DNA of 64,000 nucleotides, from the NCBI GenBank assembly GCA_963713865.1, contig OY970208.1, positions 1,120,001-1,184,000 on the forward strand. Direction: 5' to 3'. Below are positions 1-10,785 of this stretch, piece after piece. The position numbers and the translations under genes are program-made. Each line of letters opens with the position of its first letter. Position 1 is the first letter of the stretch. Source of the stretch: an uncultured candidate division Zixibacteria bacterium. Lineage in GTDB: Bacteria > Zixibacteria > MSB-5A5 > RBG-16-43-9. The notes under the pieces were generated by a model. It searched no databases. It was given only the letters and a program-made list of their open reading frames with translations, and was not told the DNA's origin.

Positions 1-2
1 GA

Positions 3-1499
3 CGTATCTCTCAGATTCTTTTCCTGCTTTTCTTCTTTTACCTTTTCCTTAAAGCCAGCTTCCCTTTATCCACTAAAATTCCAGTTGACCTTTTTTTAAG
101 AGCTGACCCTCTGCTGGCAATATCTTCGATTTTATCAGCCAGAGTTTTAATCAACACCTTTCTTTTAGCTCTTATTTTTGTCATCATTACTTTACCCTTA
201 GGACGGGTTTTCTGCGGCTGGGCTTGTCCTTTAGGCACCAGCCTGGATATTTTCAGTTATCTTCTTAAAAATAAAATGGGGAAAAGCTTTAAAAAGCTTC
301 TCTCTTTAAAATATTATATTCTGATCTTCCTTTTAGTGGGAGCGATTTTATCCTCCCAGCTTATCTGGTTTTTGGATCCGATACCTTTATTTACCCGCTC
401 TATTACCCTTTCGATTTTTCCTATTATCACCGGATTATTTAATCTTATGCTTAATCTTTTGTTTCAGTTCATCTTTCTTCAAGACTGGCTGAGTAAAGTT
501 CAACTCCTTTTCTCCTCAACTCTTCTCCCCACACAGGTAAATTTTTTCAGGATGTCTTCCCTCTTTTTGATTATTATCCTGACAATATTCCTTTTGGAAT
601 TTATCTCCAGAAGGTTCTGGTGTAGAAATCTATGCCCCTTAGGAGCGCTTTATGCTTTTTTATCCAAATTCCAGCTCTTGAAAAGAAGGGTGGCTGAAGA
701 TTGTACTGAATGTGGTATCTGCAAAGATTTGTGTAAGATGGATGCAATTGAGAAAGATTTCAAGAAAACTTTAGACAGAGAATGTATCCTTTGCTATGAT
801 TGCGTTAAAGACTGTCCGGTCAGTGTTACTAAGATAAATTTCAAAGGGAGGTTTAAATCCCAGAGATTTGATCTTGGTCGCAGAAAGGTTTTATCTTCTA
901 CTGTCTTGGGTCTGGTCTCAGTTGGTCTTTTGAAGTCAACTTTTAAGGACAGGAATCTGAAAACCGGTTTGATCAGACCTCCAGGCTCAAGGGTTGAAAA
1001 TGAATTCTTAGATAGATGTATCCGCTGTCACGAATGTATTAAAGTTTGTTCTACTTCCGGTAATTTTTTACAGCCAGCTCTTTTAGAAGGAGGGTTAGAG
1101 GGTTTCTGGACTCCAGTGGGATATGCACGCACCGGTTATTGCGAGTATAACTGTATAATGTGCACCCAAGTCTGTCCTACCCAGGCGATTCATCCACTGG
1201 ATCTGGCTACCAAGAAAAAAACGGTTATCGGATTGGCTTTTATAGACCGGAATAAGTGTATCCCCTGGTATAAAAATGTGAACTGTCTGGTCTGCGAAGA
1301 GCATTGTCCCATCCCGGATAAGGCTATTAAATTGAAAGATGAAGAAGTGGTTCATTATGATGGGAGTTTAAAGAAGGTTAAAAGACCTTATGTGGTGGAA
1401 GATTTATGCATCGGGTGCGGGATCTGCGAGACCAAATGCCCGGTTGAAGGAAAATCTGCTATTTTTATCACACCGCAGGGGGAACAAAGATATAAATAA
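3..1499 (+). CDS. Membrane-bound 4Fe-4S polyferredoxin (NapH/MauN-like membrane part fused to a NapG/MauM-like ferredoxin), 5' truncated by the window edge
   Basis: Frame is open from position 3 (RISQILFLLFF...GRVFCGWACPLG), in frame with the ATG at 276. Motifs FCGWACPLG, FWCRNLCPLG, several CxxCxxCxxxC clusters and LIRPPG. Confidence 0.85.
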   Translation, partial: RISQILFLLFFFYLFLKASFPLSTKIPVDLFLRADPLLAISSILSARVLINTFLLALIFVIITLPLGRVFCGWACPLGTSLDIFSYLLKNKMGKSFKKLLSLKYYILIFLLVGAILSSQLIWFLDPIPLFTRSITLSIFPIITGLFNLMLNLLFQFIFLQDWLSKVQLLFSSTLLPTQVNFFRMSSLFLIIILTIFLLEFISRRFWCRNLCPLGALYAFLSKFQLLKRRVAEDCTECGICKDLCKMDAIEKDFKKTLDRECILCYDCVKDCPVSVTKINFKGRFKSQRFDLGRRKVLSSTVLGLVSVGLLKSTFKDRNLKTGLIRPPGSRVENEFLDRCIRCHECIKVCSTSGNFLQPALLEGGLEGFWTPVGYARTGYCEYNCIMCTQVCPTQAIHPLDLATKKKTVIGLAFIDRNKCIPWYKNVNCLVCEEHCPIPDKAIKLKDEEVVHYDGSLKKVKRPYVVEDLCIGCGICETKCPVEGKSAIFITPQGEQRYK

Positions 1500-1500
1500 T

Positions 1501-1540
1501 AAAAGTTCAAATGCTCAAAGGTTCAAAAGTTCAAGAGTAA
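1501..1540. repeat. Degenerate 8-nt tandem repeat (AAGTTCAA/AGGTTCAA)
   Basis: aaaagttcaaatgctcaaaggttcaaaagttcaagag; the same unit recurs at 60541-60578. Confidence 0.6.
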
Positions 1541-1558
1541 AAAATAAAGGGTAATCGT

Positions 1559-1712
1559 GTAGGGGTGGAGCTTGACTCCACCCGTTTTATATCATCGGAG
1601 AGGCATTGGTAGCCACAAGCTTTAGCTTGCGAATGGATGGACAAGCATAAAACCGCAGACTAAAGTCTGCGGCTACCGAGGATAAAAAAACGCCCGACAT
1701 CAAAGTCGGGCG
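1559..1712. repeat. Cluster of REP-like palindromes
   Basis: GGGTGGAG-cttga-CTCCACCC (1563-1583); GGTAGCC...CGCAGACTAAAGTCTGCGGCTACC (1608-1677); CGCCCGACatcaaaGTCGGGCG (1691-1712). Related copies at 4131, 8149, 47370 and 56682. Confidence 0.8.
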
Positions 1713-1779
1713 TTAAGCTTTCTATGGAGTGCATTAACCGTGTTAATGCAACATCCGTTTGGATGCAATCAATAATCTC

Positions 1780-3916
1780 TCAAATATTCCACAGATAAGT
1801 TGCCTTCAGCATCAGGACCCTTTGCTTAAGCCAGAATTTGCCGGCTGAATTATCCCTTTGCTCATTATAAGCTAAATAAAGGTAACTTCCCGGAAAATAG
1901 TTATATCCTACGAGGAAATTTAGCTGATGCTGATGAGAGTCCATATTCGTTTCTAAGAAGATGCGGGTGAAGATATCCTTAGTGATTTGGTATCTTACCC
2001 AGTAGTCCAAAATCCAGATATTATAAATTCTGTCCTTGTAATCATTTTGATACTGGCTCTGGTGATTGATGTTAGTCTCCAATTCTAAGTTCACCAAAGG
2101 CTTCACAGTCGCCCAGAGGGAAAAAGACCTATAAGTCCCTGGCTCGGTTCGGGTATAATCATCTTTATAAATATAGGCCTCCCCTTGATTGTAGCTAAAT
2201 CCCCCATCTAAGAAACCATGGGACTCTCTGTCAAAGTTCAGATAGAAGAAGTCATTGGTATAGACCTGATCACTCCAGAACCAGAACGCCATCCTGATAG
2301 ATCTGAGGTCTGTCTTTTTCCCTTCCGAATCCAAAATTGAAAAACCAATTCCTGACAAAATTGAAGTCAACCTCCGGGATAATTGCCTGATAGGTGGTAG
2401 CTCCTGAATGGTTCGAGGTATGATAGATACCGGTCCCTAAATTAAAAGTCTTCAAATCTAATTTAGTTGGCCTGAACTGATAACCCCACCAGGAGCTAAT
2501 CTTCTGGTAATCGGTCCGGCTCACGTATCCGGTCCTGGGTCGGAAATTCTTTTCCAGGTCATCATATTGCAGATTGAAATTGAAACCTTTATCTGGCGAG
2601 CGGTTTAACTGGAAAGCATAAGCCCAGTCATCTTTATTCACCCCTTTATTGAATACCTTTCCCCCGCTTAAGACCAGAAGATAAATATTCTTAAAGCGGG
2701 AATCATAACCCAACCGGAAAGATCGACTGTAATCATCCTTTGTATCCAAACTGGTTCCCATAAAAGCAATATTGCCTGACTTAGAAACATCTCTTTTTAT
2801 CTGGAATATGGTGAAATAATCATCTGGTGCATCCGGCACTTCATCTACTGCCTGAATAAATCCTAAGGTATATTTATCGATTTTGCCGGTAAGTTTCAGC
2901 CCCTCTATGGGATTTACTATCCTTCGACTGTAAAAAAGGTTAAAGCGAGAACTGAATATATCTGCCCGTTCCAGAAAAAATGGCCTTTTCTCATTGAAGT
3001 AGGTCTCATAGGGTGAAAGGTTTATCTGGTCCTGGTCAGATTCTATCTGTCCGAAATCGGGATTCAGGGTAAAATCCAAGGTCAGGTTGGAGGTGACCCC
3101 GTATTTGACGTCCAGACCGGTGTCGAACTTGTTTTTTTCTTTTAAATCGATCTGCTTTTCCGACCTGAAAGTTGAGTAGGGAAGAAACTCGAAATGGTAC
3201 CCTCTTTTAATATCTTTTAATCCGACCAGTTTTGCCGAATGATCCAGAAGCGGGTCTTCCCTAGGGAAGCTGGTATAGAAAATCTGCTCCCCTTTGCGTC
3301 TTATGATTCTCAGGAAATTAACTCCCCATTCCTGCTCGTTTTGAGGCGAGAATCTCAGACTTTTGAAGGGAATGGCCATCTCACCGGTCCAGCCATCTAT
3401 GGTTCTGTTTCCGTCTGAACGCCAGATAGCATCCCAGCTCTCATCCTGGCTATTACCATCGCCGACAAAATCACCTTGAATACCATAGGGGTTCAAAGCA
3501 AACCAGTATGAAAATCTCTTATCGTTAAAGGTGTCCAGAATAACACCGACTACGTCATCATTCGAGGCATAGTCCCGGCGGGTGATATGGGCGGTCACTT
3601 TCTTTGGCTCAGAATCATAACAACGAAAAGCGATATAGAGGTTGTTCTCATCATAACACATCCAGGCGCAAGTCTTCTCAGTAGGAGCTTCGCAATTTTT
3701 CGGATCGAATTGGACAAAATCGCACAACTCCTGAGATTCCTTCCAGCAGGGGTCATCCAACTTGCCATCGATTTTAGGGGGATTAGAAATCCGATGAACC
3801 TGGATTATTTTAACTGAAGTGCTATCCTCTCCGTTACTTTCATCTGTAAAAAAAATCGTGAAGAGGAAATTGAAAAACAGAAAGAAAAACAGGGAAATCA
3901 ATAGATATTTTTTCAT
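1780..3916 (-). CDS. Secreted/outer-membrane protein, CBM9-like (DOMON) N-terminal domain plus DUF5916-type beta-barrel; split by one frameshift near 2275-2287
   Basis: Signal peptide; PKIDGKLDDPCW; LDFTLNPDFGQIESD; EKRPFFLE; LFYSRRI; C-terminal aromatic strand KATYLWNI in the second ORF. The two ORFs overlap at CCAGAACCAGAAC. Confidence 0.8.
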
Positions 3917-4211
3917 TATACTTACACTCAAGGTAACTTTTCAATACAACTAATTTTTATATACGAGCAAGAAGGATTGTGGGTTTCAAAAAAGAAAGTT
4001 AGTCAGACTGTTTAAACTTTGAAGGAACTTCCCGACAAAATCTATGAACTTGTCCCTTCCCGTTAATTTTATCCCTCACCTGACCACTTTCCTGTGGATC
4101 AGTTTAGGAAAGAAAAGGGTGGAAATAAATCGCCCGACATTAAAGTCGGGCATTACGATTTCTATGCTGCTCAAAGATGTTATCACCTTCGACAAAGTCA
4201 AGAAAATCGAA

Positions 4212-5144
4212 TCAATATTTCTTCCTTCTCTCGATTATGTATTTGGAGCCGGGTAGGGATTTGGTATATTTTTTCAGGTCGTTGAGCATATGGAAGATCT
4301 CCCCGATATGCTTGAACATCCGGTTTTTGTTTATCACCACGGAGATAGAAAGAGTCAAAATGGGGAAGCGCTCCAACTGGCCTCTTCTGTTCTTGGTAAC
4401 GATATAACCGCGCTTTATATCCCTGGCTTTGTAGGTAGCTATAATCTTCTCGTCAAAAGTCCTTACAATCAGAGAACAGACCTTATCTACTTTATCTGAA
4501 GGAACGATGTAGATGAAATCGTCTCCGCCGATATGTCCCACAAACCCTTCCGGGCAATTTTCATAAACTATCTCCCTTATGATCTGGGAGCTCAGGCGGA
4601 TAAGCTTATCTCCATAGAGATAACCGTAATAGTCATTGTAAGCCTTGAAATCATCTAAGTCCGCATAACACAGGGCAAATTCCTCTCCTTTAAGAATAAG
4701 GCGATTGACCTCTTTTTCGATTATGCTGGTTCCGGGAAGGCGGGTAGAAGGGTTCACCCCTAAATCCCTCTGACTTCTACGCACAATCATCTTTAGCTTG
4801 GCGGAGAAAAGGTCTTTTTGCCAATCTCCAAAAAGGAACTCATCTGCCCCTTTGCCCAAGCCGTTAATGACTGTTTTCTTTTCTGGATGTGAATGATAAA
4901 GAACCAGAGGAATTAAGGAAAGATGGGTATCCTTTTTCAATTTTTCTACCAGCTGAAGTTCTTTCTTATAATTACCTTTTCCGGAAATAAATACCAGAGC
5001 CAGAAGATGTCGATTTATATGTTTGAAAAGATCTGGGCTATTTCTAAAATTAAAAAATTTAACCTTCTGGGGATAAAAGCTTTCCTTTAATTCTTTTTTT
5101 AGATTAATCCCCTTATCATATAAAGCCAGATTCAACATCTTCAT
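4212..5144 (-). CDS. Diguanylate cyclase with a degenerate N-terminal receiver-like domain
   Basis: DLDDFKAYNDYYG, GDKLI and HIGGDDF; GADEFL receiver-like tail, with no clear phosphoacceptor Asp. Confidence 0.85.
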   Translation of the reverse strand: MKMLNLALYDKGINLKKELKESFYPQKVKFFNFRNSPDLFKHINRHLLALVFISGKGNYKKELQLVEKLKKDTHLSLIPLVLYHSHPEKKTVINGLGKGADEFLFGDWQKDLFSAKLKMIVRRSQRDLGVNPSTRLPGTSIIEKEVNRLILKGEEFALCYADLDDFKAYNDYYGYLYGDKLIRLSSQIIREIVYENCPEGFVGHIGGDDFIYIVPSDKVDKVCSLIVRTFDEKIIATYKARDIKRGYIVTKNRRGQLERFPILTLSISVVINKNRMFKHIGEIFHMLNDLKKYTKSLPGSKYIIERRKKY

Positions 5145-5154
5145 CCGCTCCTAG

Positions 5155-6054
5155 CTATTTATGCGGTTTTTCTCTAGGATGATGGTCCAGGTGTTCCTGC
5201 TTTATAAATTCCCGGTCAATATGAGTATAGACCTGCGTAGTAGATATATCGGCATGTCCTAACATCTCCTGCACTGCCCTTAAGTCTGCTCCACCTTCCA
5301 AAAGATGGGTGGCAAATGAATGCCTGATCGTATGGGGGGTAACTCTTTTTTTGATCCCAGCGAGAAGTATGTATCTCTTTATAATCTTCCAGGCTCCCAT
5401 GCGGGATAATTTCTTACCTCTCCAGTTCAAAAACATAATGTCTTCGGATGAGGGCTTGGCTAAATGCGGCCGGGAGTATTTTAAATACTTTCTTAATGCT
5501 CTTTTCCCTTTGTTGCCAATTGGAATGAACCTTTCCTTGTTACCCTTACCAATTATTCGGACCCAACCAACCTCTGGGAGAAAATTCTTTCTTGTAAAAT
5601 TGATCATCTCAGAGATCCTTACCCCTGTAGCATAAAGAAATTCTAAGATTGCCTGATCTCTCCATCCCAAATAATCTTTTGGATAGGGTAGCTCCAATAT
5701 CTTTTTCATCTCATCTACGGTCAAAGTCCCAGGTAATCTTCTCCCTATCTTTGGAGAGTCGATGGTCTCAGTCGGGTTAGAATCAGAGTAGTCTTCATTC
5801 AAAAGGTAGGTATGAAAACTTTTGATCGCTGAAAGATTTCTGGAGATAGAAGTGGACTTGAGTTTTTTTCGGTAAAGTCTCAATATAAATTCGCTTATGT
5901 CCTCCGGTCTTATAGCCTTAAGATCAGGGATATTCTTCTTCTTCAGGAATTTAAAATACTTATGCAGGTCTAAACGGTAGCTCTCCAGGGTGTTTTGAGA
6001 TAAACCCCGGGATAGGTGCAGATGATGAAGAAACTCCTCTAACCTTTTCTGCAT
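5155..6054 (-). CDS. xerD: Site-specific tyrosine recombinase XerD
   Basis: LYATGVRISE, GKGNKER, HTIRHSFATHLLEGGADLRAVQEMLGHADISTTQVYTH. Confidence 0.9.
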   Translation of the reverse strand: MQKRLEEFLHHLHLSRGLSQNTLESYRLDLHKYFKFLKKKNIPDLKAIRPEDISEFILRLYRKKLKSTSISRNLSAIKSFHTYLLNEDYSDSNPTETIDSPKIGRRLPGTLTVDEMKKILELPYPKDYLGWRDQAILEFLYATGVRISEMINFTRKNFLPEVGWVRIIGKGNKERFIPIGNKGKRALRKYLKYSRPHLAKPSSEDIMFLNWRGKKLSRMGAWKIIKRYILLAGIKKRVTPHTIRHSFATHLLEGGADLRAVQEMLGHADISTTQVYTHIDREFIKQEHLDHHPREKPHK

Positions 6055-6084
6055 TTTTTAAGATATCTATCCTTTCTTCTTGTA

Positions 6085-6146
6085 TAGAGACGCATGCGAT
6101 GCGTCTCTACACCAGGAGGTAGGGGTGTATGGCAATACGCCCCTAC
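6085..6146. repeat. Two GTAG-type REP-like hairpins
   Basis: TAGAGACGCAT-gcg-ATGCGTCTCTA and GTAGGGGTGTATggcaATACGCCCCTAC; the second supplies the stop codon of the PP2C gene. A related copy lies near 62160. Confidence 0.75.
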
Positions 6147-7909
6147 AATACTTTTATCACAATCATGGTGAAATCATCCTGTCCAGGCTTATTCTCGGTG
6201 AACTCTTTTATCTCCTGGTAGATTTTATCCTGGATCTGGATGGCTTTTAAAGCATAATTTTCCAGAAGTATTTCTTCTAGTCTTTTTGTTCCGAACTCCT
6301 CTCCCGCTTTATTTTCAGCCTCGGTTACACCGTCAGTATAGAATAAGATAAGGTCACCCGGATTCAGACCTAATACCATTTCCTTGTAATCATGATTCCG
6401 AAGAATACCCAGAGCTACTCCCCCTTCAGTCAGATACTCGATTGTGCCTTCCTCTCTCCTCAAAATCGGAGGATTATGTCCAGCATTGGAGAAGGTGAAG
6501 ACTTTATTTTTTATATCTAAAACTCCATAGACTGCGGTAACGTAGTTTTCTCTTTCTATGCTTTCATACAGCAGATTATTAACCTTAAAAAAGATAGTAC
6601 CGATAGCATAATTATTTCTTATCTCCGCCTTCAAACTTGCACGGAAAGAAGCCATAATCAACGCTGCAGGTATCCCTTTGCCCGAGACGTCCCCTATAGC
6701 TATTCCGATCTGGTCTTCGACTATAGGAATGAAATCGTAATAATCTCCACCCACCTGCTCAGAAGGTATATTTATCCCTGAGATATCTAAACCAGCCAGC
6801 TCCGGATCTTTTGGAGGAAGAAAACTCTGCTGAATCTTTCGGGCGATCAGAAGTTCTTCCTCCAGTTTTTTCTTTATCAGGATTTCTTCATGCAATCTGG
6901 TCCTCTCTATAGCCACGGCACAATGACTGGCAAAAGCGGTTAAGAGGTTCAGATCCCCATAATCATAAGAGTTCACCCGATTGCTCTCCAGATTGAAAAC
7001 CCCGATAGTCCTTTGGTCGGTTATAATCGGTGCCACTATCTCAGATTTAGTCTCGTGTCGAGCCTCAATATATCTCGTATCTTTTTCCACATCCGGGACG
7101 ATCACGGTCTGTCTATTCACCGCTACCCAGCCAACCAATCCTTGACCTAACTTTAATATTAAATCTGGCTCTATGGCTGGATCGAACCCCTTGGTTTTTA
7201 TCTCGCCCACCTCCTTTTTTTCCTTATCTATCAGGAAAATGGCGGCGGCATCATATTTCACCAGTCTTTTCAAGGAATCTAAGATCAATTCCAGAACCTC
7301 ATCTAAATTCAGGGAAGAGGAGATTAACCGGTCAACGTCTAAAAGGATTTCCTTTTCCATTGTTTCCTTTTTAGCTTTGCGATAGAGGTAGGAGTTGTCC
7401 AGAGCGATTGCCACCTGGTCGGCTAAGGAGGAGAAAATCTTTAAATCGTCAGGAGTAAATTCCTTACCGTGAAGTTTATTCATCGCCACCACCACTCCAA
7501 AGAGCTTCTCTCTTCTTAAAAGGGGAACGCAGATTAGCGAATCTATCCTGAACCCGAACTTTTCTTCTAATTCTGCTGAAAAGCGGCGGTCTTTTCGTGC
7601 CTGGTTAGCGATCACCGGTTTCTGGTTTAGTGCTACCCAGCCTGAAATCCCCTGGCCCAGTTTCAAGGATAAATTTTTTCGCTCCCCTTCTTTTTTCCCG
7701 CTATAGAGATAGAGATTTAGCTCCTGAGTTTTTTTGTCTAAAAGGGAGATAGAGCTGAAAGAGGCTTCCATAGCTTTGGTGATTAACTCTAAGATTATAT
7801 CCAAAAGCTCCTCCAGCTCAAGGGTAGAATTTAAAAGCTTGGAGGTTTCCATGAAAACACATCTTTCCGGATGATAGATGATTTTCTCTTCTGTATTTTT
7901 CTGTTCCAT
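6143..7909 (-). CDS. GAF-GAF-PP2C (SpoIIE/RsbU-type) serine phosphatase
   Basis: Two GAF repeats; VGGDYYD, GDVSGKG, NAGHNPP, YTDGVTE and DDFT motifs. Confidence 0.9.
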   Translation of the reverse strand: MEQKNTEEKIIYHPERCVFMETSKLLNSTLELEELLDIILELITKAMEASFSSISLLDKKTQELNLYLYSGKKEGERKNLSLKLGQGISGWVALNQKPVIANQARKDRRFSAELEEKFGFRIDSLICVPLLRREKLFGVVVAMNKLHGKEFTPDDLKIFSSLADQVAIALDNSYLYRKAKKETMEKEILLDVDRLISSSLNLDEVLELILDSLKRLVKYDAAAIFLIDKEKKEVGEIKTKGFDPAIEPDLILKLGQGLVGWVAVNRQTVIVPDVEKDTRYIEARHETKSEIVAPIITDQRTIGVFNLESNRVNSYDYGDLNLLTAFASHCAVAIERTRLHEEILIKKKLEEELLIARKIQQSFLPPKDPELAGLDISGINIPSEQVGGDYYDFIPIVEDQIGIAIGDVSGKGIPAALIMASFRASLKAEIRNNYAIGTIFFKVNNLLYESIERENYVTAVYGVLDIKNKVFTFSNAGHNPPILRREEGTIEYLTEGGVALGILRNHDYKEMVLGLNPGDLILFYTDGVTEAENKAGEEFGTKRLEEILLENYALKAIQIQDKIYQEIKEFTENKPGQDDFTMIVIKVL

Positions 7910-7994
7910 CTTTTTTGCTTTCGAGAAATTTACGACAACTTATTTAATACGATTCAACCTGTCAATCTGTTTTTTTCTTAAAATCCCAGAAACT

Positions 7995-8172
7995 CACCCT
8001 AAATCCCTCTTTTAAAAAGAGAGGGACTTATTTCCCCCTTCTCTTTTTAAGTCGTAGATCCCGCTCTTCGACAGACTCAGGGTGGTAAGCGAAGTTCAAC
8101 CACTAAAAGCGGGGAGAAAGGGAAAGCGGGATGAGTTTAGCATAATAACGCAGATTCAAGTCTGCGGTTACC
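7995..8172. repeat. Nested intergenic palindromic repeats (TCCCTCT...AGAGGGA, CTTCGACAGACTCAGG and CGCAGA...TCTGCGGTTACC types)
   Basis: Several inverted repeats whose units recur elsewhere in the window. Confidence 0.65.
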
Positions 8173-8331
8173 ACTAAACTTTACTCAGATGTTACATAAA
8201 ATATGTCGAAAAAATTTTCCCACTTCAAGAAATTATTATTTATATTAGTGAGTTGATTAGTCTGGTTTAAAAGATTTTAATCCAGGATACTGGACTACTT
8301 AAAATTTAAAAATGTCTTCAAAGGATAATAT

Positions 8332-9430
8332 ATGAACGAACCAAAGAAAACCCCTTTTTACAAGATCCATCTGGATAACAAGGCAAAGATGGTGGAGTTT
8401 GCCGGATACTGGATGCCAATACAGTTCAAGGGGATAATGGAGGAGCACCGCAGGGTAAGGTCTACGGTCGGGCTTTTTGACATCACCCATATGGGAGAGT
8501 TTGAAGTGAGGGGAAAAGATTCTCTTGCTTTTCTGCAGAAGATGACCACTAATGACGTTTCCAAGCTTTCGGATTATCAGGTGCAGTACTCCTGTATGTG
8601 CTATGACGATGGCGGGATCGTGGATGATCTTCTGGTCTATAGATTACCGGACCGATTCTTTTTAGTGGTGAATGCAGCAAATATGGAAAAGGATTTTAAC
8701 TGGCTAAAAAGTCATCTTTTCGGGGATGTTAAATTAGAGGATTTAAGTGACCAGAACCGCACTTTTAGCTATTCAGGGACCAGTGGCGGAAAAGGTTATG
8801 GCGAAATTGACTTCTGTTGATTTGAAAAAGCTTCAATTCTACTGGGCAGCTAAGGGGAAAGTCACAGGGAAAGAGATACTTTTTTCCAGAACAGGATATA
8901 CCGGAGAAGATGGCTTTGAACTCTATATGCCCAACGAGTATGGTGAACACTTCTGGAATGCAATTATGCAGGCAGGTAAAGAGTTCGGAATGGAGCAAAT
9001 CGGACTTGGCGCCAGAGATTCCTTGAGGCTGGAGATGAAATATATGCTTTACGGAAACGATATAGACAAAACCACAAATCCCCTGGAAGCAGGGCTTGGC
9101 TGGATCGTCAAATTAGATAAAGGTGATTATACTGGTAAAGAGCCGACCCTTAAATTAAAAGAGAAAGGGATAAGAAGAAAGCTGGTTGCCTTTGAGCTTT
9201 CAGATAAAGCTTTTCCACGCCAGCATTACCCCGTAGAAAAGGATGGGAAAAAGATAGGCGAGGTAACTTCTGGCACATTTTCCCCTTCCTTAGAAAAAGG
9301 TATTGGATTAGGGTATGTGGAGGTAGGATACTCTGAGATCGGGACAAAACTGGATATAAATATCCGGGGTAAGAGCTTAGCAGCAGTGATAATTAAACCA
9401 CCATTTTACAAAGATTATACTCATAAATAA
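8332..9430 (+). CDS. gcvT: Glycine cleavage system aminomethyltransferase T; apparent +1 frameshift at 8751-8757
   Basis: MVEFAGYWMP, GLFDITHMGE, SRTGYTGEDGFE, GLGARDSLRLE. Deleting one A from CCAGAAC gives LSDQTALLAIQGP. Confidence 0.93.
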
Positions 9431-9432
9431 AA

Positions 9433-10161
9433 ATGAAAATTGGCCTTTTTTTTACTCCAAATGAAGTCAGGGAAGAGGAATTAAAGAATCGAACCGTTTT
9501 AGTGATCGATGTTTTAAGGGCATCTACCACTATTGCCTATGCTTTGCATAACGGATGCAAGGGGATTATCCCAGCTAACTCGATTGATGGGGCGATTGAC
9601 TTGTCCAAGAAAATAGGGAGAGATTCTGCCCTTTTATGCGGTGAAAGGGAGGGTATAAAGATAGAAGGGTTTGACCTGGGGAACTCTCCTTTTGAATATG
9701 AAGCCGAAAAGATCAAGGATAAAACCCTGATCTTTGCTACTACCAACGGCTCCAAAGCGATTGTAAAAGGTTCAAATGCCAATTTTTTAACAGTTGGCTC
9801 CTTTGTCAATTTCCAATCAACTTTTAACTATATTTCCTCCAGCCCAAATGACCTAACAATTATCTGCTCAGGGAAACTGGACCAATTCGCCATAGAGGAT
9901 GTAGTCTGTGGTGGGTTATATGTAAGCTCCTTCTTAAAAGAAGGAAAGTACGAGTTAAATGATGCGGCTTTTGCAGCTCTTAATCTTTATGAGAGATATA
10001 AAAATAATCTTTTAGAGATGTTGAAAGAATCCTCTCACGGCAGGTATCTAATCGAACTGGGGTTTGAAAAAGATTTATATTTATGCGCTGAGCTTAATTC
10101 CCTGAAAGTAATTCCTCTATTGGACCAAGGCAAGCTGATTAGCTACAATAATAATACATAG
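9433..10161 (+). CDS. comB: 2-phosphosulfolactate phosphatase family protein
   Basis: VIDVLRASTTI, GEREG, FDLGNSP, TTNGS. Confidence 0.85.
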   Translation: MKIGLFFTPNEVREEELKNRTVLVIDVLRASTTIAYALHNGCKGIIPANSIDGAIDLSKKIGRDSALLCGEREGIKIEGFDLGNSPFEYEAEKIKDKTLIFATTNGSKAIVKGSNANFLTVGSFVNFQSTFNYISSSPNDLTIICSGKLDQFAIEDVVCGGLYVSSFLKEGKYELNDAAFAALNLYERYKNNLLEMLKESSHGRYLIELGFEKDLYLCAELNSLKVIPLLDQGKLISYNNNT

Positions 10162-10175
10162 CAAAGAAAGTCAAG

Positions 10176-10598
10176 ATGAAAGATAAAAAGGATATTTACA
10201 GGATTCTGGATGCTAATCTGAATCGTGCGCGTGAGGGTTTAAGAGTAGTGGAAGAGGTAGTTCGATTCCTGTGGAAGGATGAAAAACTTTCCAAAAAATT
10301 GAAAAGCCTAAGACACAGGATAACCAAAATCTCTCAGGAGAATTTCGATCAGAAGCTTCTTCTGAAATACCGGGATAGCCAGAGTGATTTAGGAGCGAAA
10401 GGAATGGGTTTTTACGAGGGCAAAAGAAAAGATGTGACGACGATTGTGCAGGCAAACCTGAGAAGGACCGAAGAGGCTTTAAGGGTTTTGGAGGAGTTCG
10501 GGAAGCTGATAAAAAAAGATTCGGCTGAGTCTTTTAAAAATCTGAGGTTTAAAATCTATACCTTAGAAAAGGAGATTTGGAGTAAGTTGAAGGAATAA
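10176..10598 (+). CDS. Stand-alone ThiD2-like domain (N-terminal domain of cyanobacterial-type thiamine-phosphate synthase)
   Basis: RILDANLNRAREGLRVVEE, ANLRRTEEALRVLEEFGK, LRFKIYTLEK. Confidence 0.8.
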   Translation: MKDKKDIYRILDANLNRAREGLRVVEEVVRFLWKDEKLSKKLKSLRHRITKISQENFDQKLLLKYRDSQSDLGAKGMGFYEGKRKDVTTIVQANLRRTEEALRVLEEFGKLIKKDSAESFKNLRFKIYTLEKEIWSKLKE

Positions 10599-10605
10599 AA
10601 TCATC

Positions 10606-10652
10606 TGTTATTGCGAGGAATCCTGATGTATGCGGGACGACGAAGCAATCTG
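10606..10652. repeat. TGTYATTGCGAGG...GACGAAGCAATC dispersed repeat
   Basis: A near reverse-complement copy lies at 20400-20445. Confidence 0.75.
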
Positions 10653-10785
10653 CGTTTGTGTCCATCCTGATTTCTTTTACATCAAATTTATCTTGACTAC
10701 GTAAAAAGGAGCTATTATTATCTTTCGAGTCCTATGGTTTAGAATTGGGACGGTTTAACACCTGAATGATTCTTCCAGAAAAAAT

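Noticed and set aside
1501-1780. CRISPR array in repeat-rich spacers
   Set aside because: The repeats are heterogeneous palindromes without a constant repeat-spacer period, and there are no cas genes.
5155-6054. Mobile-element integrase
   Set aside because: The sequence is canonical chromosomal XerD, with no cargo or att sites.
8170-8331. Glycine riboswitch upstream of gcvT
   Set aside because: No GGAGA/CCGAAG/CUCAGG core in the expected arrangement; only small hairpins.
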